From NCBI GenBank assembly GCA_902795215.1, contig CADBKG010000002.1, positions 2,318 through 66,317 of the forward strand: a stretch of DNA of 64,000 nucleotides. The letters are read 5' to 3'. A program made the position numbers and the translations under genes. The notes beneath the pieces are model-generated. The model saw only the letters and a list, made by a program, of their open reading frames with translations. It did no database searches and was not told the origin of the DNA. The stretch is from an uncultured Erysipelotrichaceae bacterium (GTDB lineage: Bacteria > Bacillota_I > Bacilli_A > RF39 > UBA660). The stretch's first letter is position 1. Each line of letters begins with the position of its first letter. Positions 1 through 9,851 of the stretch are shown here, one piece after another.

Positions 1-446
1 CTTGCAACTGCACGAGATACTACTATATCAAAATATTCTCTTTTTGTTTTTATGTATTCTTCTGCCCTATCGTTTATAACTTCATATTCTAAGTTTAATA
101 CTTCTTTTAAAGATTCTAAAAATTTAGTTTTTTTACCATTTGAATCTAGTAATGTAAGTTTTATATTAGGTCTAAGTATTTTTAGCGGCACTCCTGGAAA
201 ACCAGCGCCTGAACCAATATCAAGAATTGTTTCATCGCTTAAATTAACGTGTTTTAAAAGTATAATTGAATCATAAAAGTGTTTTAAATACACCTCTTTG
301 GTTGTTTTTATTGCTGTTAAGTTTGTTGTTTCATTGTATTTAAGTAAGTAAGCAGCATATTTTTTAAATAGTTCTAATTGAGTTTGAGTTATATCAATAT
401 TGTTTTGTTTTAAATATAAAGTAAAATCAGTCTCTGTCATTTGCAT
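1..446 (-). CDS. rsmG: 16S rRNA m7G527 methyltransferase RsmG (GidB); C-terminal part runs off the window
   Basis: Manual translation from ATG at 446: MQMTETDF...YNETTNLTAIK...VYLKHFYDS...LDIGSGAGFPG; overlaps the mnmG stop. Confidence 0.92.
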   Translation of the reverse strand, partial: MQMTETDFTLYLKQNNIDITQTQLELFKKYAAYLLKYNETTNLTAIKTTKEVYLKHFYDSIILLKHVNLSDETILDIGSGAGFPGVPLKILRPNIKLTLLDSNGKKTKFLESLKEVLNLEYEVINDRAEEYIKTKREYFDIVVSRAVA

Positions 447-2295
447 ACTCCTTTTTTAAGTAAACTGCAAGTATTGATATATCTGCAGGATTAACACCGC
501 TTATACGAGTGGCTTGTGCAATAGTTAGAGGTCTAACTTCTTTTAGTTTTTGTCTTGCTTCACTAGCTAGATTTTTAACTTTATCATAATCAATATCTTG
601 AGGTATTTCTTTCTTTTCAAGTTTAATTAATTTATTAGCATCTTCATATGTCTTTTTAATGTATCCTTCATATTTTGTTTCTATTATTACTTCATTAACT
701 ACTTCTTTATCATATTTTGAAAGATCTTCTGATATTTTATAAACTATATCTTCTGTAACATCTGGTCTTTTTATTAGTTCATATAAAGAAGTTGTTTTAT
801 TAATATCAATGAACTTGCTTGTTATGTCTTTTGGTACTTTTGTTTCTTTTATGTAATTTGTTAAATTTTTAATATTCTCTTCTTTTTTTAGAAGTTTGTT
901 ATATCTTTCTTTTTCTATAAGTCCATATTCATAACCGAATTTTCTTAATCTTAAATCAGCGTTATCGTGTCTTAGAATTAATCTAAATTCAGCGCGTGAT
1001 GTAAGCATTCTATATGGTTCTATAGTCCCTTTTGTAACTAAATCATCTATTAGTACTCCAATATAAGCTTCGTTTCTTTTTAGTATTAATGGCTCTTTTT
1101 TTTCTAATTTGCTTGCTGCATTAATACCTGCGATTATACCTTGTCCTGCAGCTTCTTCATATCCACTTGTACCATTGATTTGGCCTGCCGTAAAGAGGTT
1201 TTCTATTATTTTTGATTCTAGTGATGGTTTTATTTGTAATGGATCAATAGCATCATATTCTATAGCATAAGCATATTCTAGTATTTTTGCATTTTCAAAT
1301 CCTTCAAGGGAATGAACTATTTCTTCTTGAACATCATTTGGAAGTGATGTTGAAAATCCCTGTAAGTATAGTTTTTTATAATATATACTATTTTTATCCA
1401 TACTTTGTGGTTCTAAAAATAATATATGTTTTTGTTTTTCTTTAAATCTAACTATTTTATCTTCAATACTTGGACAATATCTAGGCCCTACTCCTGTTGC
1501 ATATCCACCATACATACTTGATTTATCTAAGTTTTCTTCTATTATTTGTTTTGTTTTGTCATTAGTATATACTAAATAACAGTTTTCTTGCTTTTCTGGA
1601 TTATAATCTGCCTCGATATCAAAACTAAATGATAGCTTTTCTTTATCTCCAGGTTCTACTTTCATTTTTGTATAATCAATTGTATCAGCGTCTATTCTAG
1701 GAGGCGTTCCGGTTTTTAGTCTAATTATTTTAAAACCTAGTTTTTTTAAATTATCACTTAAATAATTAGATCTTTTTTCTCCATGTGGGCCTTCTTTTTT
1801 CTTTGTATCCCCTACTAGTATTTCGCTTTTAAGGTATGTTCCTGTTGTAAGTATTAAGGCATCACAAAAATATTTAGAATCATCTTCTAAAATTACTCCA
1901 TTAATTTTATTGTCTATAACAATTAAGTTTTCAACAATTCCTTCAAGTATTGTAAGATTTTTTTGTTTCTTTAGTGTTTCTTGCATATTTTTTGGATAAA
2001 TTTCTTTATCTGCTTGTGCTCTTAAACATCTAACTGCTGGGCCTTTACCTGAGTTTAGCATTTTCATCTGAAGTACAGATTTATCTGCTATTTTTCCCAT
2101 TAAACCACCCAAAGCATCTATTTCTCTTACAATTATTCCTTTACTTGTTCCACCTATTGATGGATTACATGGCATATCGCCAATATTTTTAATATTGCCT
2201 GTAATTAAAAGTGTGTTATGACCTTTTGTGCTTGTGGCATATGCACTTTCAATTCCAGCATGTCCTCCACCTACTACGATTATATCGTATTTCAT
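427..2295 (-). CDS. mnmG: tRNA U34 carboxymethylaminomethyl modification enzyme MnmG (GidA)
   Basis: GGGHAG FAD motif, CNPSIGG, GPRYCPSIEDK, GQINGTSGYEEAAGQG. Confidence 0.98.
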   Translation of the reverse strand: MKYDIIVVGGGHAGIESAYATSTKGHNTLLITGNIKNIGDMPCNPSIGGTSKGIIVREIDALGGLMGKIADKSVLQMKMLNSGKGPAVRCLRAQADKEIYPKNMQETLKKQKNLTILEGIVENLIVIDNKINGVILEDDSKYFCDALILTTGTYLKSEILVGDTKKKEGPHGEKRSNYLSDNLKKLGFKIIRLKTGTPPRIDADTIDYTKMKVEPGDKEKLSFSFDIEADYNPEKQENCYLVYTNDKTKQIIEENLDKSSMYGGYATGVGPRYCPSIEDKIVRFKEKQKHILFLEPQSMDKNSIYYKKLYLQGFSTSLPNDVQEEIVHSLEGFENAKILEYAYAIEYDAIDPLQIKPSLESKIIENLFTAGQINGTSGYEEAAGQGIIAGINAASKLEKKEPLILKRNEAYIGVLIDDLVTKGTIEPYRMLTSRAEFRLILRHDNADLRLRKFGYEYGLIEKERYNKLLKKEENIKNLTNYIKETKVPKDITSKFIDINKTTSLYELIKRPDVTEDIVYKISEDLSKYDKEVVNEVIIETKYEGYIKKTYEDANKLIKLEKKEIPQDIDYDKVKNLASEARQKLKEVRPLTIAQATRISGVNPADISILAVYLKKEYANDRD

Positions 2296-2311
2296 TTAAA
2301 ACACCCTCTTT

Positions 2312-2773
2312 TTAAAGTTTATCTTCATAAATACTACTTTTTGGTTTTAATCCTAAATGTTTATAAAACTCTATTGCACTTTGATTAAATGACCAAACAT
2401 TAAGTTCTATTGCATCAATACTATTTTTTTTAGCTTCTTCTTTTATAGCTAAGTATAATTTTTTTCCTATTCCTTTTCTTATATGATTTTCATCTACTCC
2501 TAGACCTTCTATAAAGTATGTTGTTCTTTGTTTTAATACAGGAATATCTTTAGATTTATTTTCTTTTGCAATAATAAAGCCAAGAATTTCTTTTTCTTCT
2601 TTATATACTAGACATATAGCATTTGTTATTAGTTCTTTATAATAATCTAATGGTAAAGAATCTACTTTATTAAATATATCATTTCTCTTATCTGCATGCA
2701 TATCATATATTTTTTGATATATTGTTTTAACTTTATCATAATCTTCTATACTCATTTTATAAATATTATTCAT
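2312..2773 (-). CDS. GNAT family N-acetyltransferase
   Basis: motif A (IEGLGVDENHIRKGIGKKL) and LNVWSFNQSAIEFYKHLG. Confidence 0.85.
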   Translation of the reverse strand: MNNIYKMSIEDYDKVKTIYQKIYDMHADKRNDIFNKVDSLPLDYYKELITNAICLVYKEEKEILGFIIAKENKSKDIPVLKQRTTYFIEGLGVDENHIRKGIGKKLYLAIKEEAKKNSIDAIELNVWSFNQSAIEFYKHLGLKPKSSIYEDKL

Positions 2774-2779
2774 AATATC

Positions 2780-4117
2780 CTACTTTCCTATACAAAATCT
2801 TGAAAATAATTCATCTAGTAAATCTTCTTTGTAGTTTTCACCTAATATTTCACCTAAATTATTCTTAGCACTTTCTATATCTATTGTTATAACATCAACT
2901 GGGATATTTTCTTTTAAACCTTGTAATGCTTTTTTTAGTGAGTTATCAGCTTTTTTAATAAGTGATAGTTGTCTTGCATTAGATATATAAGTCATATCTT
3001 TATTTATATTAGTATTAGATTCTATTTCTTTTATAATTGCTTTTTTTAGATCATCTAGACCATTTGTTTCTTTGGCATTTCCAGTTATACCTTCTATATT
3101 TAGTTTTTTGTTTAAATCGTTTTTATTTATAAATATAATATGGTTTTTAGTTTTTACTTTTTCTATTAATTCTTTTTCATCCTCTATTAGTTTTCTTGAT
3201 CCATCTAGTACTAATATTACTAAATCTGCATCATTTAACTTTTCTAAAGACTTATCTACCCCTATTTTTTCAACAATATCTTTTGTTTCTCTTATTCCTG
3301 CGGTATCTATAAAGTTAATCATAATTCCATTAAGTATGATTCTACCCTCAACAATATCTCTTGTTGTACCTTCTATGTCTGTAACTATTGCTTTATTTTC
3401 TTCAAGTAATGCATTTAAAATACTACTCTTACCAACGTTTGGTGCGCCTATAATTGCTACATCTAAACCATTTTTGATTATTTTTCCAGTTTTACTTTCT
3501 TTAATTAATTCATCGAATTTTTCTGTTATTTTTTCAAGTGCAATTATAGCTTTTTCATTAGTTATATCTTCTATATCTTCATATTCTGGATAATCTATGT
3601 TTACTTCAATATTTGCTTCTAAAGCAAGTAATTCTTTTTTTACTTCTCTTATAATACTTGAAAGTTTACCTGTTAGGTTATTAACTGATAAACTTCTTGC
3701 ATTTTCTGTTTCAGCATTTATAACATCTATTACAGATTCTGCTTTTATTAAGTCTATTCTTCCATTTAAAAATGCTCTTTTGGTAAATTCTCCTGGTTCT
3801 GCTTCTCTGCATCCAATTAATAATAGTATTTCTAATATTTTGTTTGTAACTGCTATTCCACCATGGGAATTGATTTCTACAATATTCTCTTTTGTATAAG
3901 TTTTAGGAGCGCGCATTATAGAAACTAGCACTTCATCAATTATTTCGTTATTATATACAATATGACCATAATTAATAGTATTACTATCTACTTTTGTTAA
4001 GTCTTTTCCTTTAAATATAGAGTTTACTAACTTAATAGAATCATTACCACTAACCCTAATAATTGATATTCCCCCTACTCCAACTGCAGTTGAAATTGCG
4101 CATATAGTATCTTCCAT
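2780..4117 (-). CDS. mnmE: tRNA modification GTPase MnmE (TrmE)
   Basis: DTICAIST, GAPNVGKSS, DTAGIR, C-terminal FCIGK. Confidence 0.98.
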   Translation of the reverse strand: MEDTICAISTAVGVGGISIIRVSGNDSIKLVNSIFKGKDLTKVDSNTINYGHIVYNNEIIDEVLVSIMRAPKTYTKENIVEINSHGGIAVTNKILEILLLIGCREAEPGEFTKRAFLNGRIDLIKAESVIDVINAETENARSLSVNNLTGKLSSIIREVKKELLALEANIEVNIDYPEYEDIEDITNEKAIIALEKITEKFDELIKESKTGKIIKNGLDVAIIGAPNVGKSSILNALLEENKAIVTDIEGTTRDIVEGRIILNGIMINFIDTAGIRETKDIVEKIGVDKSLEKLNDADLVILVLDGSRKLIEDEKELIEKVKTKNHIIFINKNDLNKKLNIEGITGNAKETNGLDDLKKAIIKEIESNTNINKDMTYISNARQLSLIKKADNSLKKALQGLKENIPVDVITIDIESAKNNLGEILGENYKEDLLDELFSRFCIGK

Positions 4118-4176
4118 ATAGCACTCCTCCTTCGGCGGTATTATAGCACAAAAAAACTAGAATAATCTAGCCCTCA

Positions 4177-4590
4177 TTATTTTTTTGTTTCTTTTGTATC
4201 TATAGTACCTCTAAATACAACGTATTTATCATATAAATATTCAAGAACAAAATTACATAGCATACTAATTCCTGTAACAATATATTCATTAACTTTTAAG
4301 TTTTTAACTAAGTAGTTACCACCTATTGTAGATGCTGGTGTAAATATTAAATAAAATATAAATACTTTTATCATTGCTTTTGGAATATTTGCAGTTGATT
4401 TAAAGGTATATTCTCTATTTAAAGTAAAGTTCCATATTACACTAGCGACAAGCGCTGTTAGATAGCATACCCAGTATCCAAAACTAGTTAGTTCATTTAA
4501 AATAGTAAAAATTATTATCTCTATTATTCCTGCAGATATTGAAAATAAAGTAAATTTTATCTTTCTAAGTAATTCTTTTTTATCTTTCAT
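4177..4590 (-). CDS. GtrA family membrane protein
   Basis: four hydrophobic segments, WNFTLNREYTFKS motif, C-terminal YVVF. Confidence 0.75.
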   Translation of the reverse strand: MKDKKELLRKIKFTLFSISAGIIEIIIFTILNELTSFGYWVCYLTALVASVIWNFTLNREYTFKSTANIPKAMIKVFIFYLIFTPASTIGGNYLVKNLKVNEYIVTGISMLCNFVLEYLYDKYVVFRGTIDTKETKK

Positions 4591-4642
4591 GTTAACCTCG
4601 CAAGTTTAATTATACATTATTTATTAAATAAAAAAAAGATGA

Positions 4643-5257
4643 TTATTTTTCATCTTCTTTATATTTGATAACAACATGTCTATTAGGTTCTTCACCAGTA
4701 CTTTCTGAATATACATGTTTAAAGTCTTTAATAGCTTCATGAACTACTAATCTTTCATATGAATTCATATTATCAAGTTCTACGTCTTGTTTTGTTTTAG
4801 ATACTTCTCTAGCTATTCTCTTAGCAGTTTTTTGTAAATACATTATTTGTTTATCTTTATAATTTTCAACATCTAATGAAATATAAGGCATTGTACCATA
4901 TTTGTTTTTTACTGCTGCCCTTGTAATAGTTTGAAGAGCTGATAAGTTTTTACCAGTATGTCCTATAAGTAATGAGTTATCGTCAGAATAGATTTTAACT
5001 TTTAATTGTTTTTCTCTTATTTGAGACTCAAAAGATACATCTAATCCCATATTAGTTAGTACTTTTTGTAAGTATCCTTTTATATATTCTACAACATCTT
5101 TTAAAGGAGTTACTGTTAATTCTATTTCTTTTCCTTTAAATAAACTCTTTTTTACTTCTTTTTTACTTACTATTACGTCATCTTCAGTTAGTTTTAATTC
5201 TTCTAAAGCTTGCGCTAGTATTTCATCATAGTTTTTTCCAACATATACATTTAACAT
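4643..5257 (-). CDS. jag: RNA-binding protein Jag/EloR/KhpB (KH + R3H)
   Basis: LIGHTGKNLSALQ KH motif, MNSYERLVVH R3H motif; start moved to ATG 5257 (MLNVYVGK) after the yidC stop. Confidence 0.92.
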   Translation of the reverse strand: MLNVYVGKNYDEILAQALEELKLTEDDVIVSKKEVKKSLFKGKEIELTVTPLKDVVEYIKGYLQKVLTNMGLDVSFESQIREKQLKVKIYSDDNSLLIGHTGKNLSALQTITRAAVKNKYGTMPYISLDVENYKDKQIMYLQKTAKRIAREVSKTKQDVELDNMNSYERLVVHEAIKDFKHVYSESTGEEPNRHVVIKYKEDEK

Positions 5258-5258
5258 A

Positions 5259-6269
5259 TTACTTCTTACCTTTCTTAGTACTATTTTTTGTTTTTGCTTT
5301 ATTTTTAACAACTTTAATTTTGTTATCCTTTTTATTATCTTTTTTTATAAATAAATTTTGAATTATCATAAATACATTAGATACTATCCAATATAGTGCA
5401 AGAGCGCTTGGTAAGCTTAGAGATGCTATTGATATAAATACTATCATTGTATACATCATCATTTTCATTTGACCTTCTTGACCAGTCATACCGTTTTGCC
5501 CTGCCATTGAATTTTTGTATGAAAAATATGTTGTTGCAATTATTAACAATACTAATATGATATAACCAATATTCCCTGATTTAATACCTACAAACGGTGT
5601 TGTACCAAGTTGTAATCCTAAGAAATATCCTTCAAATACTACTGGGATTCTATTAATAGCTTCATAAAATGCAATAATTATAGGTAGTTGTATAAATGAT
5701 GTTACGCATCCTCCCGCTGGAGAAATATCGTATTTTTTATAAATCATCATCATTTCTTGACTCATTTGCATTCTTTCTTCTTGACTAGTTACATTTTCAT
5801 ACTTTTTTTGTAGTCTATTAAGTTCAGGTTGAGCTTTTTTCATATTTTCTGATTGTTTTAATGTCTTTTTTGTTGATGGTATTAAGAATATTCTAATAAT
5901 AACACCCAGTATCATTACAGATAAACCATAATTTTTAACAATCATACCTATTTTAATAATTAACCATGCTAGTGGTTTAATAAGTATTCCATCCCATAAA
6001 CCAACATATTTTAGATCACTTGGTTTATATTCTTCACATTTAGATAATTTATCATAATCTACATCTAGGTATTTTTTATATTTTTTATAAATCTTAATGT
6101 TTTCTTTAGATTCAGGCAAGCATAATATATTAGAAGTTACTGCTTGTCCAGTTGTTTCATTAACTACCCTATTCTTTTTTCCATCAGATAAATACTTGGT
6201 ACATCCTGTTGATAAAAGTATTAATAATGCTAGTATAATAGCTAAATACTTTTGTTTTTTCTTTTTCAT
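5259..6269 (-). CDS. yidC: membrane protein insertase YidC/SpoIIIJ (lipoprotein)
   Basis: lipobox LSTGC, YGLSVMILGVIIRIFLIP, GCVTSFIQLPII, LALYW. Confidence 0.95.
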   Translation of the reverse strand: MKKKKQKYLAIILALLILLSTGCTKYLSDGKKNRVVNETTGQAVTSNILCLPESKENIKIYKKYKKYLDVDYDKLSKCEEYKPSDLKYVGLWDGILIKPLAWLIIKIGMIVKNYGLSVMILGVIIRIFLIPSTKKTLKQSENMKKAQPELNRLQKKYENVTSQEERMQMSQEMMMIYKKYDISPAGGCVTSFIQLPIIIAFYEAINRIPVVFEGYFLGLQLGTTPFVGIKSGNIGYIILVLLIIATTYFSYKNSMAGQNGMTGQEGQMKMMMYTMIVFISIASLSLPSALALYWIVSNVFMIIQNLFIKKDNKKDNKIKVVKNKAKTKNSTKKGKK

Positions 6270-6596
6270 TTAATCTATCCTTTCTAATAATTCTTTTAAA
6301 GAAGCATCCATATCTTTAAAAGAACTAGTTAAACATCCATCTCTAATCATTATAATATAATCATTTCTTTTTTTAAACTCTTTTTTATGATTATCAATTA
6401 TTTCTCTTGTTTGTCTTTTTAGTCTATTTCTAATATAAGCTTTACCTATTTTCTTCTTAACAGCTATACCGAATTTAGGAAGTTCTTTATCCTTATCTAT
6501 ATAATATATAACAAAATTTTTGTTTTTTTGGAATTTACCATTTTTTATTATATTTGAAAAATAATCGCTATTTTTTATCATTTCTATTCTTTTCAT
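6270..6596 (-). CDS. rnpA: ribonuclease P protein component
   Basis: FGIAVKKKIGKAYIRNRLKRQTRE; likely start ATG 6596. Confidence 0.95.
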   Translation of the reverse strand: MKRIEMIKNSDYFSNIIKNGKFQKNKNFVIYYIDKDKELPKFGIAVKKKIGKAYIRNRLKRQTREIIDNHKKEFKKRNDYIIMIRDGCLTSSFKDMDASLKELLERID

Positions 6597-6631
6597 TGTT
6601 TCTCCATAGAAAAAAAGCCACATAAAAGTGG

Positions 6632-6754
6632 TTATTTGCTTAGTACTTTACGACCTTTTTTTCTTCTAGATTTTAATATATTAGTTTTTTTTCTAGCAAA
6701 AAAGCCATGTTTTTTCTTCATTTTACGATTATTTGGTTGATAAGTTCTCTTCAT
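6632..6754 (-). CDS. rpmH: 50S ribosomal protein L34 (40 aa, not in the ORF track)
   Basis: manual translation [40 protein letters not shown], preceded by SD GGAGG. Confidence 0.95.
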   Translation of the reverse strand: MKRTYQPNNRKMKKKHGFFARKKTNILKSRRKKGRKVLSK

Positions 6755-6820
6755 GAATATCCCTCCTTCAAAACTGCAACAGTATTATATTATAAAGAAT
6801 AAGCAAAAGTCAAGGCCAAG

Positions 6821-6986
6821 TTATCAACAAATTTTTGAACATTTAATCAACACCATGTTCATAAGTTTTCAACACTGTGTATTTTGCAAATTTGTTGAAA
6901 CTGTTGAAAAGTTTTAAAGGTTAAGGTAGAATAGGGCTTAAAGCGAAATAGTTATCAACATTTCTTGTTTATAACTATGTTGAAAA
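6821..6986. promoter_or_regulatory. oriC, left DnaA-box cluster (variant boxes TTWTCAACA)
   Basis: exact TTWTCAACA at 6821(+), 6866(+), 6902(-), 6952(+), 6978(-); one-mismatch copies at 6844, 6856, 6893, 6966; lies between rpmH and dnaA. Confidence 0.88.
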
Positions 6987-7057
6987 AAATTTTTTTAAAA
7001 TTTAGTCTTTATCTTTTGTTACATTTAAGTTAAAATATTTATACATGGAGTGGGGTG

Positions 7058-8470
7058 ATGGATTTGAATGAAGAAAACACTATCATTTGGGAAAACTTTA
7101 TAAATTTGCTAAAATCAAAAATAGCAATGGTATCCGTCAACTCATGGTTCAAGAATTGTAAAATCTATAAAATAGAAGACTCTAGTGAAAACAATAAACC
7201 TATAAAGATTATTACAATTGAATCAAGCTCAAACTTTATAAGAAATGAAATAAAAAAACGTTATACTGATACTATAGAAGAATTAATGGAAAGTATTCTT
7301 GGGAAGCCTTGTAATATTAAATTTATCATACCTGAGGAAAAAGAAAATACTAATAATACTGAAGTTAAAAATCTAACTACTGAAACGGTAATTCCTGTGG
7401 AAAAGAGTAGTACTTATGAACAAAATTATAGTTTTAGTAGTAATCTGCTTAGTAAGTATTCTTTTGATAACTTTGTAATAGGGGACTCAAATAGACTTGC
7501 CTGTAGTGCATCTAAGTCTGTTTCAGAACAACCTGGTAAGCTTTATAATCCTTTCTTTATTCACGGAAAGAGTGGACTAGGGAAGACTCATTTAATGCAT
7601 GCTATCGGTAATTATATAGAAAATACTAGCAATTTAAAGGTTTTATATGTGACATCAGAACAGTTTATAACGGACTTTACTTCAATAAATATGAAAAAAG
7701 ATGCTGATTATACGGAAGCATTTAAAGCTAAATATAGAAATATAGACGTTCTAATGATCGACGATATACAATTTTTAGGTAATGCTGAGAAAACACAACA
7801 AGAATTCTTTCATACATTTAATAATCTATATGATATGAATAAACAAATAATTATTAGTTCAGATAGAAGTCCAGATGATTTAAAACTATTAGAAGAAAGG
7901 CTTAGAACTAGATTTAGTTGGGGATTAACTGTTAATATATATCCTCCAGATATTGAACTAAAAAAGCGTATTATAAAAAATAAAATGTCGGGACATGCTG
8001 TTGCAAAGCTTGTAGATGAAGAAGTAATTGACTATATAGCAAGTAATAGTGAAAACGATGTAAGACATATAGAAGGGGCCGTTACTAGACTTTATGCTTA
8101 TGCTGCTATAATGGGGCCACATAAAATAGATCTCCAATTTGCAAACGAAGCATTAAAAGACTATATTAAAAACTCTATATATATGGATAGTAATATATCA
8201 AAAATTCAAAAAGCTGTCGCTGATTACTATAAAATAACAGTAGAGGACTTAAAAAGTAAGAAAAGAAGTGCTAATATCAATTATCCAAGACAGGTTGCAA
8301 TATACTTATGCAGGAATTATACAGACGAATCTTTTCCTAAAATAGGACTGGAATTTGGAAACCGCAATCACTCGACAATAATACATGCCTGTGATAAAAT
8401 TAAGGAGGATTTAAAAGAAAATCAAACTTTAAGAGAAATAATTAAACAAATAAAAAATAATATAAGTTGA
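7058..8470 (+). CDS. dnaA: chromosomal replication initiator DnaA
   Basis: YNPFFIHGKSGLGKTHL Walker A, LMIDDIQF, domain IV helix-turn-helix. Confidence 0.98.
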   Translation: MDLNEENTIIWENFINLLKSKIAMVSVNSWFKNCKIYKIEDSSENNKPIKIITIESSSNFIRNEIKKRYTDTIEELMESILGKPCNIKFIIPEEKENTNNTEVKNLTTETVIPVEKSSTYEQNYSFSSNLLSKYSFDNFVIGDSNRLACSASKSVSEQPGKLYNPFFIHGKSGLGKTHLMHAIGNYIENTSNLKVLYVTSEQFITDFTSINMKKDADYTEAFKAKYRNIDVLMIDDIQFLGNAEKTQQEFFHTFNNLYDMNKQIIISSDRSPDDLKLLEERLRTRFSWGLTVNIYPPDIELKKRIIKNKMSGHAVAKLVDEEVIDYIASNSENDVRHIEGAVTRLYAYAAIMGPHKIDLQFANEALKDYIKNSIYMDSNISKIQKAVADYYKITVEDLKSKKRSANINYPRQVAIYLCRNYTDESFPKIGLEFGNRNHSTIIHACDKIKEDLKENQTLREIIKQIKNNIS

Positions 8471-8590
8471 AAACTTGTTAAAACAATATTAGTTTTCAAC
8501 AATTTATAAACAAGCAAAAATCAAGGTATAACCTAATAAATCGACACTTTTCAACAATATAAACAACACTTATTAATATTATTATATATA
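8465..8590. promoter_or_regulatory. oriC, right cluster with putative unwinding element (DnaA boxes plus DnaA-trio-like run)
   Basis: TTTTCAACA at 8493 and 8548, TTATAAACA at 8504, ATATAAACA at 8557, then TTA TTA ATA TTA TTA (8570-8584) and an AT-only tract; dnaA-dnaN spacer as in Bacillus oriC. Confidence 0.8.
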
Positions 8591-8612
8591 AAAAGAAAGA
8601 AGGAATGAAAAA

Positions 8613-9731
8613 ATGAAATTTACGATTGAAAGAAATATTTTACTAGAAAATTTAAATAATGTTATTAAAGCTATTTCTATTAGAAATGTAATACCTATAT
8701 TAAATGGTATTAAATTTGAACTAACTGATGAAGGACTATACTTAACAGCAAGTAATACTGATTTAACTATTAAATCCTTTATTGAAAAGAAAAAGATAAA
8801 AAAGATAGAAAGTAATGGTAGTATTGTAGTACAAAGTAAATATATAAATGAAATTATTAGAAAACTTCCAGATGATACTATAAATATAGAAGTAATAGAT
8901 GGATTAAAACTACTTATAGAATCTAAGAATAGTCAATTTAATTTAAACTGTTTAAAAGTAGAGGATTATCCACAGATAAAATTAGAATATCAAAAAGATC
9001 CTATTATAATTAAAGGTAATGTGTTTAAATCTATGATAAAACAAACAGTTTTTGCTATAAGTAATCAAGAATCTAGACCTTTATTTACAGGAATTAACTT
9101 TAAATTACAAGGCAATATACTAGAAGTTACTGCTACTGATTCATATAGACTTGCAAAAAAGACAGTTGAACTATCCGATTTTGTAAAAGAAGAAATAAAT
9201 ATAACAATACCTGGTAATAATATTAGTGAATTAGATAAAATAATAAATGATGATGAAAATGTAGAAATGCATATATTTAATAGTAAAGCGTTATTTGTAT
9301 ATAAAAATATTAATTTCCAAACAAATTTACTAAGTGGTAATTATCCAAATACTAATAACTTAATACCAGATAATTTTGCAATTATATTTAATGCAAACTA
9401 TAATGATTTATACGATGCAGTTGATAGAGCAGCATTACTTACTCAAAATAAAGACAAAAATATTGTAAAAATGGAAACAAATGGAAATAATTTAACTATT
9501 TCTAGTTATGCTTCAGAAATAGGTAGAACAGAAGAAGTAATTAGTATTAATAAAAATGAAGGAATTGATATTGGTATATCGTTTAGTTCTAAATTTATGT
9601 TAGAAGCACTTAGAACATTAAATGATGATGAAATAGTAGTACTACTTAATAGTGAAACTAAACCAATAGTTATTAAATCAAGTAAAGATGAAACATTAAT
9701 ACAACTTATTTTACCTATAAAAACATATTAG
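8613..9731 (+). CDS. dnaN: DNA polymerase III beta sliding clamp
   Basis: PILNGIKF, ESRPLFTG, ATDSYRLA, C-terminal LILPIKTY. Confidence 0.98.
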   Translation: MKFTIERNILLENLNNVIKAISIRNVIPILNGIKFELTDEGLYLTASNTDLTIKSFIEKKKIKKIESNGSIVVQSKYINEIIRKLPDDTINIEVIDGLKLLIESKNSQFNLNCLKVEDYPQIKLEYQKDPIIIKGNVFKSMIKQTVFAISNQESRPLFTGINFKLQGNILEVTATDSYRLAKKTVELSDFVKEEINITIPGNNISELDKIINDDENVEMHIFNSKALFVYKNINFQTNLLSGNYPNTNNLIPDNFAIIFNANYNDLYDAVDRAALLTQNKDKNIVKMETNGNNLTISSYASEIGRTEEVISINKNEGIDIGISFSSKFMLEALRTLNDDEIVVLLNSETKPIVIKSSKDETLIQLILPIKTY

Positions 9732-9757
9732 AGACTTTCAAAAAAGTCTTTTTTTTT
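9732..9757 (+). terminator. intrinsic terminator after dnaN
   Basis: AGACTTT-loop-AAAGTCT followed by a T-tract. Confidence 0.75.
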
Positions 9758-9784
9758 GTTCAAAAATAACAAATTTTAAACATA

Positions 9785-9814
9785 TTCGACAAATTATGAC
9801 AAATTTCGACAAAA
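9785..9814. promoter_or_regulatory. tandem Spo0A (0A) boxes upstream of comK
   Basis: three 10-bp direct repeats TTCGACAAAT/TATGACAAAT/TTCGACAAAA; TTCGACA is the reverse complement of the 0A box TGTCGAA. Confidence 0.7.
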
Positions 9815-9851
9815 TAAAAGAGTATAAGGGATGGCGAGGGGAGGTGATGGT

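Noticed and set aside
3072-3899. Long antisense ORFs opposite mnmE, and similar ones opposite gyrB, gyrA, dnaX, recR/holB, mfd, uvrA and others
   Set aside because: Shadow frames of well-conserved genes, rich in S/F/I/L, with no SD and no family motifs
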